Numbered from the stretch's first letter, positions 1 to 11,977 are shown. The stretch: DNA of 64,000 bases from an uncultured Gemmatimonadales bacterium (GCA_963701965.1 OY969695.1:4992001-5056000); one strand, 5' to 3'. Numbers and translations: made by a program. Notes: generated by a model from the letters alone, not told the origin.

Positions 1-2
1 AG

Positions 3-338
3 CTGATCGGCCTCGCCTACGGGGCCGATACGTATAAGCTGCCGTTCGGTCACCATGGGGGAAATCACCCGGTTCGGGAGATCGACACCGGGCAGGTGAC
101 GATCACATCGCAGAATCATGGGTTCGCCGTCCGGGGGTCCGACGCCGGCATCCCGGGCGCGCCCGACCTGCGTGTGACGCATGTGAATCTCAACGATCAG
201 AGTATAGAAGGGCTGCGCCATCGGGAGCTGCCCGTGTTCGCGGTGCAGTACCACCCGGAGGCGGCGCCGGGTCCGCACGACGCGCGACCGCTGTTCGATG
301 CTTTTATTCGTGCATGCAAGCGGCTTGACTTGCAGTAG
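3..338 (+). CDS. carA: Carbamoyl-phosphate synthase small subunit, C-terminal part (5' truncated by window edge)
   Basis: Frame from nt 3 reads [24 protein letters not shown]...[10 protein letters not shown]...[16 protein letters not shown], the class I glutamine amidotransferase motifs typical of CarA. Confidence 0.95.
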   Translation: MIGLAYGADTYKLPFGHHGGNHPVREIDTGQVTITSQNHGFAVRGSDAGIPGAPDLRVTHVNLNDQSIEGLRHRELPVFAVQYHPEAAPGPHDARPLFDAFIRACKRLDLQ

Positions 339-353
339 GTAAAGTCCTATCGT
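325..353 (+). promoter_or_regulatory. Putative sigma70 promoter for the HU/IHF gene
   Basis: TTGACT (325-330), 17-nt spacer, TATCGT (348-353). Confidence 0.55.
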
Positions 354-413
354 GGTGGAAGTTACGGAGTTCGCCTATGAGATACGGGATGCGGCCTATG
401 CTGGGGTCCAACC

Positions 414-734
414 ATGACCAAAGCTGACCTGGTCGAGCACGTCACGACACAGATTGCGCAAACTGCTGGGCCGATGATCTCCAAGAAAGATTGCGCCCGC
501 GTAGTCGATTCGTTCCTCGACGCGATCAAGCAAGCGTTGCAGGAGCAGCGCAATATTGAAGTCCGGGGATTTGGGACGTTCAAGATCCGGCAGCGGAAAA
601 CGCGCATGGCGCGGAATCCGCGCACGGGAGCGCCCGTCGAGGTCTCGGCGCGTCCCGTCCCGGTGTTCAAGCCGTCGAAAGAACTGCGCGCCATGGTTGC
701 GCAAGTCGACATCTCGGAGTTGTCCGAGGCTTGA
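414..734 (+). CDS. HU/IHF family nucleoid-associated DNA-binding protein
   Basis: MTKADLV...IEVRGFGTFKIRQRKTRMARNPRTGAPVEVSARPVPVFKPSKELR, the HU/IHF signature. Confidence 0.95.
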   Translation: MTKADLVEHVTTQIAQTAGPMISKKDCARVVDSFLDAIKQALQEQRNIEVRGFGTFKIRQRKTRMARNPRTGAPVEVSARPVPVFKPSKELRAMVAQVDISELSEA

Positions 735-777
735 ACCGCGCGATGGCGTAAGTCGGTTCGCGCACCAGAACTTCCCG

Positions 778-814
778 AGCCCCCGAGGCGCTATCTTTCG
801 CCACGGGGGCTTTT
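778..814 (+). terminator. Hairpin plus U-tract between HU and moaD (putative intrinsic terminator)
   Basis: AGCCCCCG-A-GGCG, loop CTATCTTT, CGCC-A-CGGGGGCT, followed by TTT. Confidence 0.5.
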
Positions 815-816
815 CC

Positions 817-1056
817 ATGACCGTAACCGTGCTATTGTTTGCGTCGTTCGCCGATGCGCTCGGTCGTTCGTCGATCAATGTCGTGGTCGCGCCAGGCGCC
901 ACAGTGGGCGACGTCGTCAACCAAGTGAACGCCGCGGGCTCGGGGCGTCTCCCTCCGCATCCTTTGGTCGCGCTGAACGCCGAGTACGCCAACTACGCGT
1001 CGCCGGTCCACGCGGGCGACGAACTAGCGCTCATTCCGCCGGTCGCCGGGGGATGA
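817..1056 (+). CDS. moaD: Molybdopterin synthase sulfur carrier subunit MoaD
   Basis: 79 aa starting MTVTVLLFASFADALG, ending GDELALIPPVAGG (C-terminal GG); adjacent to moaE and moaA. Confidence 0.93.
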   Translation: MTVTVLLFASFADALGRSSINVVVAPGATVGDVVNQVNAAGSGRLPPHPLVALNAEYANYASPVHAGDELALIPPVAGG

Positions 1057-1495
1057 CGATGAACCGCACTGCGATCGTGACGTGTCCGATCGACACCGCC
1101 CGCTTAATAGCCGAGGTCGCTGACCCGGCGATGGGCGCGACGACATTGTTCGTCGGGACGGTGCGGGAGACGAACGAAGGGCGCGCGGTCACGGGGATCG
1201 AATACTCGGCGTACACGGCCATGGCCGAGCGCGAGCTGGCCGCGATTGGCGGGGAAGCCGCACGGCGCTTCGCGCCGCTGCGCCTGGCGGTCGAGCATCG
1301 TGTTGGCGAGTTGACGGTGGGCGATGTGAGCGTGGCGATCGCGGCGGCGCACGCGCATCGGGCCGAGGCCATCGAGGGTATGCGTTTCGTGATCGAAGAG
1401 CTCAAGCGGCGCGTGCCGATCTGGAAGCGCGAGCAGTATGTCAATGGCACGCGGGAGTGGGTCGATGCCACGACCCGTGCTGCCGAGGCGGTGCG

Positions 1496-1499
<4 letters not shown>
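1053..1499 (+). CDS. moaE: Molybdopterin synthase catalytic subunit MoaE
   Basis: GATTLFVGTVRE, EYSAY, HRVGEL, AHRAEA, ELKRRVPIWKRE motifs. Confidence 0.95.
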
Positions 1500-3425
<1,926 letters not shown>

Positions 3426-3429
3426 GGCG

Positions 3430-4083
3430 ATGGGGATCGCGCAGTTCTGGGCGTCCACGGTCGGGAAAAAAATCGTGATGGCGGTGACGGGGCTGATCAT
3501 GATCGGCTTCCTGGTCACGCACGTCGCCGCCAATCTCCTCGCGTTTCTGGGGCCTGAGCACATCAACGCCTATTCGGCGTTCCTCCATGCCGTCCCCGAG
3601 ATCCTGTGGCCGGCGCGGGCGGTACTCCTCGTCTCGGTCGTGCTCCATGTGATCGCGGCGGTGCAACTCACCGCCATCGATCGGGCGGCCCGCCCCGCGG
3701 CGTACGTGAAGCATCGGCATCAGGCCGCGACGTTCGCCTCCCGCACCATCCGCTGGGGCGGCCTGCTGTTGTTGGTGTTCATCCTCTATCACCTCTTGCA
3801 CATGACGTTGGGGACCGTGCACCCGGCGTTCACGCCGCACGACCCGTATCGGAACATCGTGACGGGGCTCGCGGTGCGCTGGGTGGCGGGCTTCTACGTC
3901 GTGGCCATGATCGCTTTGGGCCTGCACCTGTATCACGGCACGTGGGCCTCGGTGCGCACGCTGGGGGTGCAGCCGCCCAGTGCGGATCCGCTCCGCCGGC
4001 GGTTGGTGACGCTCTTCGCCATTTTGGTGGCCGGCGGATTCGCGGCGATCCCGATCGCGGTGGTCTTCGGGGTCATCCGCTGA
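3430..4083 (+). CDS. sdhC: Succinate dehydrogenase/fumarate reductase cytochrome b subunit (single di-heme anchor type)
   Basis: [13 protein letters not shown] start, about five TM segments with His residues (THVAAN, VLHVI, YHLLH, LHLYHG); upstream of sdhAB. Confidence 0.92.
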   Translation: MGIAQFWASTVGKKIVMAVTGLIMIGFLVTHVAANLLAFLGPEHINAYSAFLHAVPEILWPARAVLLVSVVLHVIAAVQLTAIDRAARPAAYVKHRHQAATFASRTIRWGGLLLLVFILYHLLHMTLGTVHPAFTPHDPYRNIVTGLAVRWVAGFYVVAMIALGLHLYHGTWASVRTLGVQPPSADPLRRRLVTLFAILVAGGFAAIPIAVVFGVIR

Positions 4084-6005
4084 TGGTCACGCTCAACGCC
4101 AAGTCGCCGTCGGGCCCCCTCGAGCAGAAGTGGGACAGCCACAAGTTCGAGATGAAGCTGGTCAATCCGGCGAACAAGCGGAAATACACCGTCATCGTCG
4201 TCGGGACGGGACTCGCCGGCGGATCGGCGGCCGCGACCCTGGCCGAGTTGGGCTATCGCGTCGTCTGTCTGTGCTTCCACGACAGTCCACGGCGGGCGCA
4301 CAGCATCGCGGCGCAGGGCGGCATCAACGCCGCAAAGAACTATCAGAACGACGGCGACAGTATCTATCGCCTGTTCTACGACACGATCAAGGGCGGGGAT
4401 TTCCGCTCCCGCGAGGCGAACGTCTATCGTCTCGCCCAGGTGAGCGTCAACATCATCGACCAGTGTGTGGCGCAGGGCGTACCGTTCGCCCGCGAGTACG
4501 GCGGCCTCCTCGCCAATCGCTCGTTCGGTGGCGCGCAGGTGTCGCGCACGTTCTACGCGCGGGGGCAGACCGGTCAGCAGCTCCTCCTGGGCGCCTATCA
4601 GGCGCTGGAGCGACAGATCGCGCGCGGGGCGGTCGAGATGCATCCCCACACCGAGATGCTCGATGTCGTGGTCGCCGATGGCCGGGCGCGGGGCATCGTC
4701 GCCCGGCATGTGCTCACCGGCGAAATCATCTCCATCGCCGGCGACGCCGTCGTGTTGGCCACGGGCGGCTACGGCAACGTCTTCTTTCTCTCCACCAACG
4801 CCAAGGGATCGAACGCGACGGCCATCTGGCGCGCCTACAAGCGGGGCGCGGCCTTCGCCAACCCGTGCTTCACCCAGATCCATCCCACATGCATCCCGGT
4901 GAGCGGCGACTACCAGTCGAAGCTCACACTCATGAGCGAGTCGCTCCGCAACGACGGGCGCGTCTGGGTGCCGAAGCAAAACGGTGACCGGCGGGCGCCG
5001 GGCGCGATTCCCGAGAGCGAGCGCGATTACTACCTGGAGCGGAAATACCCGAGCTTCGGCAATCTCGCGCCCCGCGACATCGCGTCGCGGAGCGCGAAGG
5101 AAGTGTGCGACGAGGGTCGGGGCGTCGGCGAGACCGGCCTCGGCGTCTACCTCGACTTCGCCGATGCCATCAAGCGCCTGGGCGAGCAAGCGATCCGGGA
5201 CCGGTACGGCAATCTGTTCGACATGTACCAACGGATCACTGGTGAGAATCCGTACCAGGTGCCGATGCGCATCTACCCGGCCGTCCACTATACGATGGGC
5301 GGCCTCTGGGTGGACTATAATCTCATGACCACGGTCCCAGGGCTGCACGCGATTGGGGAGGCCAACTTCTCCGACCACGGAGCGAATCGCCTCGGCGCCA
5401 GCGCGCTGATGCAGGGTCTGGCCGACGGATATTTCGTCTTGCCGTACACGATGGGGGACTATCTCGCCTCGGCAAAACTGGAGCGCGTCGACACCACGCA
5501 CGCAGCCTTCCGCGAGGCCGAGGCCAGCGTCCGGTCGCGGATCGCGAAGCTGATCGGGATCAAGGGCAAGCGCACCGTGGACTCGTTTCACCGCGAGCTC
5601 GGCAAGGTGATGTGGGACCTGTGCGGGATGTCCCGCAACGCCGCGGGGCTCAACCGGGCGCTGACGCTCATCCCGCAGATCCGCGAGGAGTTCTGGAGCA
5701 ACGTGCTCGTGCCCACCACGGGCGACACGGTGGCGTTCAACCAGGAACTGGAAAAGGCCGGGCGGGTGGCCGACTTCCTGGAGCTGGCGGAGCTCATGGC
5801 GCGGGACGCGCTGCACCGCTCGGAGTCCTGCGGCGGGCACTTTCGCGAGGAGAGTCAAACGCCCGACGGTGAGGCGCTGCGCGACGACGCCCACTTCGCG
5901 TACGTGGCGGGTTGGGAGTATGCGGGCGACGCCAACGCGCCGGTCCTCAACCAGGAACCGCTGACGTTCGAGGCCGTCCACCTGAGCCAGCGGAGCTACA
6001 AGTAA
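4083..6005 (+). CDS. sdhA: Succinate dehydrogenase flavoprotein subunit
   Basis: [21 protein letters not shown] (covalent FAD His), [23 protein letters not shown] overlaps the sdhC stop. Confidence 0.96.
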   Translation: MVTLNAKSPSGPLEQKWDSHKFEMKLVNPANKRKYTVIVVGTGLAGGSAAATLAELGYRVVCLCFHDSPRRAHSIAAQGGINAAKNYQNDGDSIYRLFYDTIKGGDFRSREANVYRLAQVSVNIIDQCVAQGVPFAREYGGLLANRSFGGAQVSRTFYARGQTGQQLLLGAYQALERQIARGAVEMHPHTEMLDVVVADGRARGIVARHVLTGEIISIAGDAVVLATGGYGNVFFLSTNAKGSNATAIWRAYKRGAAFANPCFTQIHPTCIPVSGDYQSKLTLMSESLRNDGRVWVPKQNGDRRAPGAIPESERDYYLERKYPSFGNLAPRDIASRSAKEVCDEGRGVGETGLGVYLDFADAIKRLGEQAIRDRYGNLFDMYQRITGENPYQVPMRIYPAVHYTMGGLWVDYNLMTTVPGLHAIGEANFSDHGANRLGASALMQGLADGYFVLPYTMGDYLASAKLERVDTTHAAFREAEASVRSRIAKLIGIKGKRTVDSFHRELGKVMWDLCGMSRNAAGLNRALTLIPQIREEFWSNVLVPTTGDTVAFNQELEKAGRVADFLELAELMARDALHRSESCGGHFREESQTPDGEALRDDAHFAYVAGWEYAGDANAPVLNQEPLTFEAVHLSQRSYK

Positions 6006-6778
6006 TGGACTTGGTCTTGCACGTGTGGCGGCAACCCAAGCCGGACGCGCCAGGGAAGATGGTCGAGTATCCCGCCAATGGCATCAGCAGCGATGCGTCG
6101 TTCCTGGAGATGCTCGACATCGTGAACCAGCGGCTGATCGTGAGCGGTCTCGACCCGATCGCGTTCAGCCACGACTGTCGCGAAGGCATCTGCGGCTCGT
6201 GCTCCCTGATGATCAACGGCGTGCCGCACGGGCCGGCCCGGGGCACCGCGACGTGCCAGCTGCACATGCGCTCGTTCAAGCACGGGGACCACATCTACAT
6301 CGAGCCCTGGCGCGCGGCGGCCTTTCCCGTCATCAAGGATCTGGTGACCGATCGGGGCGCGCTGGATCGGGTCATCCAGGCCGGTGGATACATCACGGCG
6401 AACACGGGCGGGGCCCGGGATGCGAATGACATCCTCGTCCCCAAACAGGACGCTGACGAGGCGATGGACGCGGCGGCGTGCATCGGGTGTGGTGCGTGCG
6501 TCGCGGCCTGTCCGAATGGATCGGCCTCGCTGTTCACCGCGGCCAAGGTCTCGCACCTGGGGGTCTTGCCCCAGGGACAGCCCGAACGCGATCGCCGCGT
6601 GCTGTCCATGGTCGCCCAGATGGACCGCGAGCATTTCGGGGCCTGCACGCTCCACGGCGAGTGTCAGGAAGCGTGTCCGAAATCGATCAGCATTGATGTC
6701 ATCTCGCGGATGAACCGGGACTACTTGCGCGCCAGTCTCACGCAGCGGCCCGAGCGCGAGAGCGCCGGGGTCGGCTAG
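6005..6778 (+). CDS. sdhB: Succinate dehydrogenase iron-sulfur subunit
   Basis: [21 protein letters not shown] and [12 protein letters not shown]e-S motifs. Confidence 0.96.
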   Translation: MDLVLHVWRQPKPDAPGKMVEYPANGISSDASFLEMLDIVNQRLIVSGLDPIAFSHDCREGICGSCSLMINGVPHGPARGTATCQLHMRSFKHGDHIYIEPWRAAAFPVIKDLVTDRGALDRVIQAGGYITANTGGARDANDILVPKQDADEAMDAAACIGCGACVAACPNGSASLFTAAKVSHLGVLPQGQPERDRRVLSMVAQMDREHFGACTLHGECQEACPKSISIDVISRMNRDYLRASLTQRPERESAGVG

Positions 6779-6788
6779 GACTCGGACG

Positions 6789-6896
6789 ATGGCCGGGGAT
6801 CCGCCGGAGCGCGCGAAAATGCCCTGGCTCGCGTGGGTCGTCGTCGCGCTCGCGGTCGTCTTCACGATCGCCTACGGCCTTGGGGTCAATCGCTGA
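6789..6896 (+). CDS. Putative 35-aa single-TM small protein
   Basis: MAGDPPERAKMPWLAWVVVALAVVFTIAYGLGVNR; AGGA 8 nt upstream; fills the sdhB-EamA gap; its stop overlaps the in-frame CTG of the next gene. Confidence 0.55.
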   Translation: MAGDPPERAKMPWLAWVVVALAVVFTIAYGLGVNR

Positions 6897-7744
6897 CCGC
6901 GATCATCATTGCCCTCGTCGGGGCCGGCGTCTACGGGGCCGGCGATTTTCTCGGCGGGCTGGCGAGCCGTCGCTCCTCGTGGCTGCCGGTCACCATCTTC
7001 GCGGAGCTCATCGGGCTCGCGCCGTTGCTGCTTGCCATCGTGGCCTTGGGCTCGCCACTGCCGTTACCGCGGGATGCGCTCATCGGTGGCGCGGCCGGCA
7101 TTGTGGGGGCGGCGGGGATCGGTCTCCTGTATCGCGGACTGGGCGCGGGGACCATGAGTATCGTCGCGCCGATCACCGCGGTGTGCGCGACGGCGATTCC
7201 GGTGCTGGCGGGCCTGGCATTTGGCGAACGTCCGGGGACGCTGGCCCTCGCCGGGATCGGCGTCGCCATCGCCGCCATCGTACTCATCAGCCAACCGCAC
7301 GCGTCCGCGACGGGCACCGGGACTGCATCCGTGCGCGCCAGCGTGCAGACCGCGCTCGGTTCCGGCGTGTGCTTGGCGGGCTTCCTGATCCTCATGAGCC
7401 GGGCGCAGAGCGGTGGGCTCTGGCCGCTCTTCGTCTCCCGCGTCGTTGCGACGACCGCGCTGGCGGTGCTGGCCATCGGATCGCGCCGGGCGCTCCTTCC
7501 GCCGCGTCCGACGTGGACGATCGCGGGGTGGTGCGGGTTCTTCGACGCGATGGGCACGATCTGCTACGTACTCGCCGTGCGCCAAGGCTCGCTCGGCGTC
7601 GTGGCAACGCTCATCGCGCTCTACCCGGTGTCGACGCTGATCCTCGCCCGCGCGGTGCTCGGTGAACGGCTGCGGCGGCGGCAGATGGTCGGTCTCGCCT
7701 GCGCCGCGGCGGCGGTCGCCTTGATTACTTCCGCGAAACCGTGA
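6893..7744 (+). CDS. EamA/DMT family transporter (start uncertain, probably CTG 6893)
   Basis: About ten hydrophobic segments; YGAGDFLGGLASRR, MSIVAPITA, GERP and LYP...LGERLRRRQ DMT motifs. Confidence 0.88.
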   Translation: MTAIIIALVGAGVYGAGDFLGGLASRRSSWLPVTIFAELIGLAPLLLAIVALGSPLPLPRDALIGGAAGIVGAAGIGLLYRGLGAGTMSIVAPITAVCATAIPVLAGLAFGERPGTLALAGIGVAIAAIVLISQPHASATGTGTASVRASVQTALGSGVCLAGFLILMSRAQSGGLWPLFVSRVVATTALAVLAIGSRRALLPPRPTWTIAGWCGFFDAMGTICYVLAVRQGSLGVVATLIALYPVSTLILARAVLGERLRRRQMVGLACAAAAVALITSAKP

Positions 7745-9527
7745 TGGGCTGAATCACAACTTGCTTGACGGGGCAAGAGCCGATGACCGCGGGGCGAAAC
7801 CGCAGCTGGGGTAACGCGCGGGCCACGTTCCAGGCGAAGCCGTCAGGCGCGTGCCCCACGACGCGCAGCGTTGCCGGGAGGGGTTGTCCCTGTTCATCGA
7901 CGACGAACTGGAATGTGCCGCTCCCCAGCGGCAAAGGCGGCAACGGGGCGTCGGGATCGATGCTCGCCTTCCGGGCCAGGTGCCACGCCGGAACCGTGAC
8001 GCGGGCGAGAGTGACGGACCAGGCATTGACCGGAGGCTGGACGGAGGATACCGACAGCGCGAACTGGCCGGCGATGCCACGCCCAAACGCGCGCGCGGCG
8101 GCGGCCTGTCTGAGCGACGCGACGAGAACGCTGTCGGTGACGGGCGACAGTGATGTGGTGACCACGCGCACGTCAGACAGGTGCCCTCCCGTGTCGACCG
8201 TAAATGCCACCTCGCCGGTGAGTGTGGGGAGCAGCGTCGATCCCTTGTCGCTGTCGTCCGCGTTGGCGTAGACCGGCAGCGCTACTTTGTCCGGGAGATG
8301 AAACGCCCGCTGGATAGCCTGCAGCATGCGCGTGCCTGCCGCCTCGCCGAGGGCCCGGGCCCGCTGGGCGACAAGGGTGCCGTAGACGAGAATGTTGGTG
8401 GTGTCGATCGCTGTGGGAATGGCGCAAGCCTTGGCGACCGGCGCGGTTTGGGTGACCACGGGCGATGGCGGCGAGACGTCGTCCACGATCGGCGTGTGAT
8501 CGATGAGCCGGTCCTCCTCCATCTCGACCCGAGTCAGCGCGGTGGTAGAGGGGAAGCGCCGCGCGAAGCCAGCGGGTTGCTCGCCGGTCAAGGAGTCGGC
8601 GATGGGCACCAGTGGCAGGACCTCGGTGAACGTGGTCGTCACCGTGAACGCCAGGACGGGAGGGCGCAGGCGGTCGGGGCGCGTGAGGCGGAAGACCGCG
8701 CGCCGGGCGATATACCGGCTGGCGTCGAGATATACGGACCCCTCGACGTCCGGCGTCGCGATGTGGTTCGCGGGCTCGAAGTCGATCCGGATTTCGCCGC
8801 GCACGGTGCCCCTGTAGGCCATGCAGTGGGTATCCAGGAACGCCGGGTCGCCCAGCTCGCCGAATGTCGGCAGGTTCATCTTCCGCACGACTTTCCCATG
8901 ACTGTCGGTGTCGGTGTAGACGACATCACCCGTCACGTACGGACGCCGGGCCCGGCTCTCATAGGCGACCGTATCGAAGGTGCTGGTGCTGTCCTCCGTG
9001 TTACCGATGCGCACGAAGTGATGCTCGGCGCGGCGAAAATGAAACGGGTAGCTGGCGAGCACCAGCCGATAGCGGTCGACATTCTCCCGCAGTTGGTCGA
9101 ATACCTCGGCGAGCCGCGGACTGGCTCGCCGATCGGGGATGCCGGTCGCGACGCAGCCGTGGTTGCGGCGGGCAGTCACGGGCACCGTGGCCAGTCGAAG
9201 GGCAAGCGGCGACAGTCGCAGGCGGACGGCGTTGGGCCCGGCGACGACCGTGATCGTCGTATCGACCGGCGAGTAGCCGATCTGTCGGGCTTGCAGGCGA
9301 TAGGTGCCGGTGCCCGGCGCTCGGAGACTGAACTGGCCTTCAGCATTGGCGAAGCGGGCGCTGTCGCCGAGCACGATGGTCGCAAATGGAATGGGCTGGC
9401 TGTCAGCAGCCGACAGCAACACTCCCGAGACCGTCTGCTGGGCCCCGGCGCCCTCCCCAACGGTGGCCGCGACCATCGCGACCACCCAGATCCTGGTATG
9501 TGCCCTTCGTGTCTTTGTACGAGACAT
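7725..9527 (-). CDS. Secreted protein with carboxypeptidase-regulatory-like N-domain and two TonB-C-like domains (paralog 2)
   Basis: Signal-like N-terminus ending AGAQQ; VSGVLLSAADSQPIPFATI...[13 protein letters not shown]-terminal VAFTVDTGG and FVVDEQG...RFRPAVIGSCPVKQV; clearly paralogous to 9582-11486. Confidence 0.75.
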   Translation of the reverse strand: MSRTKTRRAHTRIWVVAMVAATVGEGAGAQQTVSGVLLSAADSQPIPFATIVLGDSARFANAEGQFSLRAPGTGTYRLQARQIGYSPVDTTITVVAGPNAVRLRLSPLALRLATVPVTARRNHGCVATGIPDRRASPRLAEVFDQLRENVDRYRLVLASYPFHFRRAEHHFVRIGNTEDSTSTFDTVAYESRARRPYVTGDVVYTDTDSHGKVVRKMNLPTFGELGDPAFLDTHCMAYRGTVRGEIRIDFEPANHIATPDVEGSVYLDASRYIARRAVFRLTRPDRLRPPVLAFTVTTTFTEVLPLVPIADSLTGEQPAGFARRFPSTTALTRVEMEEDRLIDHTPIVDDVSPPSPVVTQTAPVAKACAIPTAIDTTNILVYGTLVAQRARALGEAAGTRMLQAIQRAFHLPDKVALPVYANADDSDKGSTLLPTLTGEVAFTVDTGGHLSDVRVVTTSLSPVTDSVLVASLRQAAAARAFGRGIAGQFALSVSSVQPPVNAWSVTLARVTVPAWHLARKASIDPDAPLPPLPLGSGTFQFVVDEQGQPLPATLRVVGHAPDGFAWNVARALPQLRFRPAVIGSCPVKQVVIQPITVSRK

Positions 9528-9546
9528 CGGGCGACTCCGAGCCTCG
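9492..9546 (-). repeat. Diverged copy of the dcd 3' end (matches 11397-11451)
   Basis: 44/55 nt identical, ungapped; in the dcd frame it reads RGSESPDVSYKDTKGTYQ versus [18 protein letters not shown]. Confidence 0.85.
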
Positions 9547-9581
9547 ACCACGTCGCGCGCAATAGCAAAGTACACTGATGA

Positions 9582-11486
9582 TCACGGGTGCTCCAGCGTT
9601 TGACGCAACACCTGCTTGACCGGACACGCGCCGATGATGGCCGGGGTGAACCGTATCCGTGGAAGTGCGCGCTGGATGCTGTCCGCGAAGCTCGGGGACG
9701 TCTTGCCGACGACACGCAGGGTGAGGGGCACGGCGCTCCCGTGCTCGTCGACGACGACCTCGAACGCACCCCGTCCAGTGTTGAGAGCGCTCAAATGAGA
9801 CGTCGAATCGAGCTGCGCCCTTCGAGCGAAGTGCCAGGAGGGCACGCGGAGGCGGGTGAAGACGCCCGACCACTCGTCAGGGCCCGGCTCCGCCGACGAC
9901 AGCGAGAGTCGAAACTGACCCGCCGTGGTCGGAGAGAACGTCTTGGAGCCCTCGGCCTTCCGTACGGCGGCAACGAGCGCCGAATCCACCACGGGGGACA
10001 ACGAGGTCGCGTCGACGGTGACGTTGGCGACTCTGCCCGTCCGGTCGACGGTGAAGGTCACCTCGCCGCTCAGCGTTGGGTGGAGCGTGGCCCCGTTGGC
10101 GTCATCGGCGGCATCGGCGAAGACCGGGAACTCCACCTCGCTCGGCAGCTGAAATGCCTGGAGCAAGCCGTCCAGCATGCGGCGCGCCGTCGCCTCGTGA
10201 AGTGGCGTGCCGGTGCCAGCGACGAGCGTGCCGTAGATCAGGATGCCCGCCGTGTCGATGGGCGTTGGGGTGGCGCAGGCGCCGGGCGCCGTGGAGGCGA
10301 GCGCGGTGCGGGCGAGTATCGCCGAGGACGCCGCCGGTTCCACACCAATCGGATCGTGATCGAGTAGTTGGTCGTCGGTAATGGAGACACGCGCCCGTGG
10401 CGCCACGAATGCGGTTCGGACCGTGAACGCTAGCGTCTGTTCGGTGACGGCGTGGTCGGCGAGCGGCACCAGCGGCAGCGCTTCGACGAACGTCGTGGTC
10501 AACGTAAATGCGATGACCGGGGGGTGGACGCGACTTGGGTGGGTCAGCCCAAACACCGCCCGCGTGACGACGTAGCGCCGACTATCCAGATAGACCGATC
10601 CGTCGACATCCGGAGATTTGATACTGTCCGCTGGAGTGAAATCGATGCGGATCTCGTTCTTCGCCGTCCCGCCGTACGTGAAGCAGTGCGCGGACTGGAA
10701 GGCGGACTCGGCCAGTGCGTCGAACGTCGGGAGGTATATGACATTCGAGACGGCACCGATGCTGTTCGTATCGACCGACACGACATGGCCTACCCGGTAG
10801 GCCCGGTGCGCGCGGCTATCGTAGCGCACCGTATCGACGGACAGCGTCGAGTCCTCCACCTGGCCGTTCCGTCCCGTCTCCGTCGTGCGGATGAACCGGT
10901 TCTCGACGAGGCGATAATGGAATGGGTAGGCGTCGAGCAGGAGGCGATAGCGGGCGACGCTTTCCCGCAGTTGCTCGAAGACGGCGGCCATTCGCGGGTC
11001 TCCGGCCGCCCGCGGGATCCCGGTCGCCACACAGCCCTTGTTGCGTTGGGCAGCGACCGATACGGTGGCGAGCTGGAGTGCCAGGGGCGTCAGGCGGAGC
11101 TCGATCGGGGTGAGCGCCGCACCGACGGTAATCGCGGTGTCGACCGGCGTGAATCCGATCTGGCGCGCTTGGAGCCGATAGCTCCCGGGCCCGGGGGACC
11201 GGACCGTGAACTTACCGCTGGAGTCGGCGAATACCGCGTGCCCACCCAGGACGACGGTCGCGTACGGGACGGGCTGGGCGTCCGCGGCGGAGAGAAGCCG
11301 GCCGCGGATCTCTTGTGCGGAGGCGGCGCCGGCCAGCAGAAGGCCGGCGCCGAGTGCCAGGATGCTACAACTTCGGCAGCGTGACGCCCTGCTGTCCCTG
11401 GTACTTGCCCTTTTTGTCCTTGTACGACACTTCCGGTGGCTCGGAGCCTCGGAAGAACAGCACCTGCGCGATGCCTTCATTGGCAT
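9582..11486 (-). CDS. Secreted protein with carboxypeptidase-regulatory-like N-domain and two TonB-C-like domains (paralog 1; start uncertain, overlaps dcd 3' end)
   Basis: Hydrophobic [37 protein letters not shown]...[29 protein letters not shown]...[15 protein letters not shown]. Confidence 0.75.
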   Translation of the reverse strand: MPMKASRRCCSSEAPSHRKCRTRTKRASTRDSRASRCRSCSILALGAGLLLAGAASAQEIRGRLLSAADAQPVPYATVVLGGHAVFADSSGKFTVRSPGPGSYRLQARQIGFTPVDTAITVGAALTPIELRLTPLALQLATVSVAAQRNKGCVATGIPRAAGDPRMAAVFEQLRESVARYRLLLDAYPFHYRLVENRFIRTTETGRNGQVEDSTLSVDTVRYDSRAHRAYRVGHVVSVDTNSIGAVSNVIYLPTFDALAESAFQSAHCFTYGGTAKNEIRIDFTPADSIKSPDVDGSVYLDSRRYVVTRAVFGLTHPSRVHPPVIAFTLTTTFVEALPLVPLADHAVTEQTLAFTVRTAFVAPRARVSITDDQLLDHDPIGVEPAASSAILARTALASTAPGACATPTPIDTAGILIYGTLVAGTGTPLHEATARRMLDGLLQAFQLPSEVEFPVFADAADDANGATLHPTLSGEVTFTVDRTGRVANVTVDATSLSPVVDSALVAAVRKAEGSKTFSPTTAGQFRLSLSSAEPGPDEWSGVFTRLRVPSWHFARRAQLDSTSHLSALNTGRGAFEVVVDEHGSAVPLTLRVVGKTSPSFADSIQRALPRIRFTPAIIGACPVKQVLRQTLEHP

Positions 11487-11919
11487 AGATCTTCGCGGGT
11501 AGCGGCGTCGTATTCGAGATTTCGAGAGTGACGAAACCTTCCCACTCCGGCTCGAACGGTGTCACATTTGTGATGATGCCACAGCGAGCATAGGTCGACT
11601 TCCCGACACAGATAGTGACCACATCGCGCGGGATGCGGAAGTACTCCACCGACCGGGCGAGCGCGAATGAGTTCGGCGGAACGATGCAGACGTTGCCCTC
11701 GAACGTCACGAAGGACTGCGGGTCGAAGTTCTTCGGGTCGACGATCGAGTTCATGACGTTGGTGAAGATCCGGAACTCGCTCGCCACACGCATGTCGTAG
11801 CCGTAGGAGCTGACGCCGTAGGAGATGACGCCGGCACGGATTTGGCGCCCCTCAAACGGCTCGATCATCCCGTGCTCGGTCGCCATGCGGGTGATCCACC
11901 GATCGGACTGGATAGTCAT
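11365..11919 (-). CDS. dcd: dCTP deaminase
   Basis: [49 protein letters not shown] motifs. Confidence 0.97.
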   Translation of the reverse strand: MTIQSDRWITRMATEHGMIEPFEGRQIRAGVISYGVSSYGYDMRVASEFRIFTNVMNSIVDPKNFDPQSFVTFEGNVCIVPPNSFALARSVEYFRIPRDVVTICVGKSTYARCGIITNVTPFEPEWEGFVTLEISNTTPLPAKIYANEGIAQVLFFRGSEPPEVSYKDKKGKYQGQQGVTLPKL

Positions 11920-11977
11920 GGGCGCGAATTGTAGGCGCTGCATGAAGCGAGCGCCACCGCCCGTGGGTCCACGGGCG

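Noticed and set aside
3933..5981. Long antisense ORFs opposite sdhA (likewise opposite nuo genes, pyrG and the YfhO-like gene)
   Set aside because: Expected stop-poor shadows of high-GC coding sequence, with no recognisable motifs.
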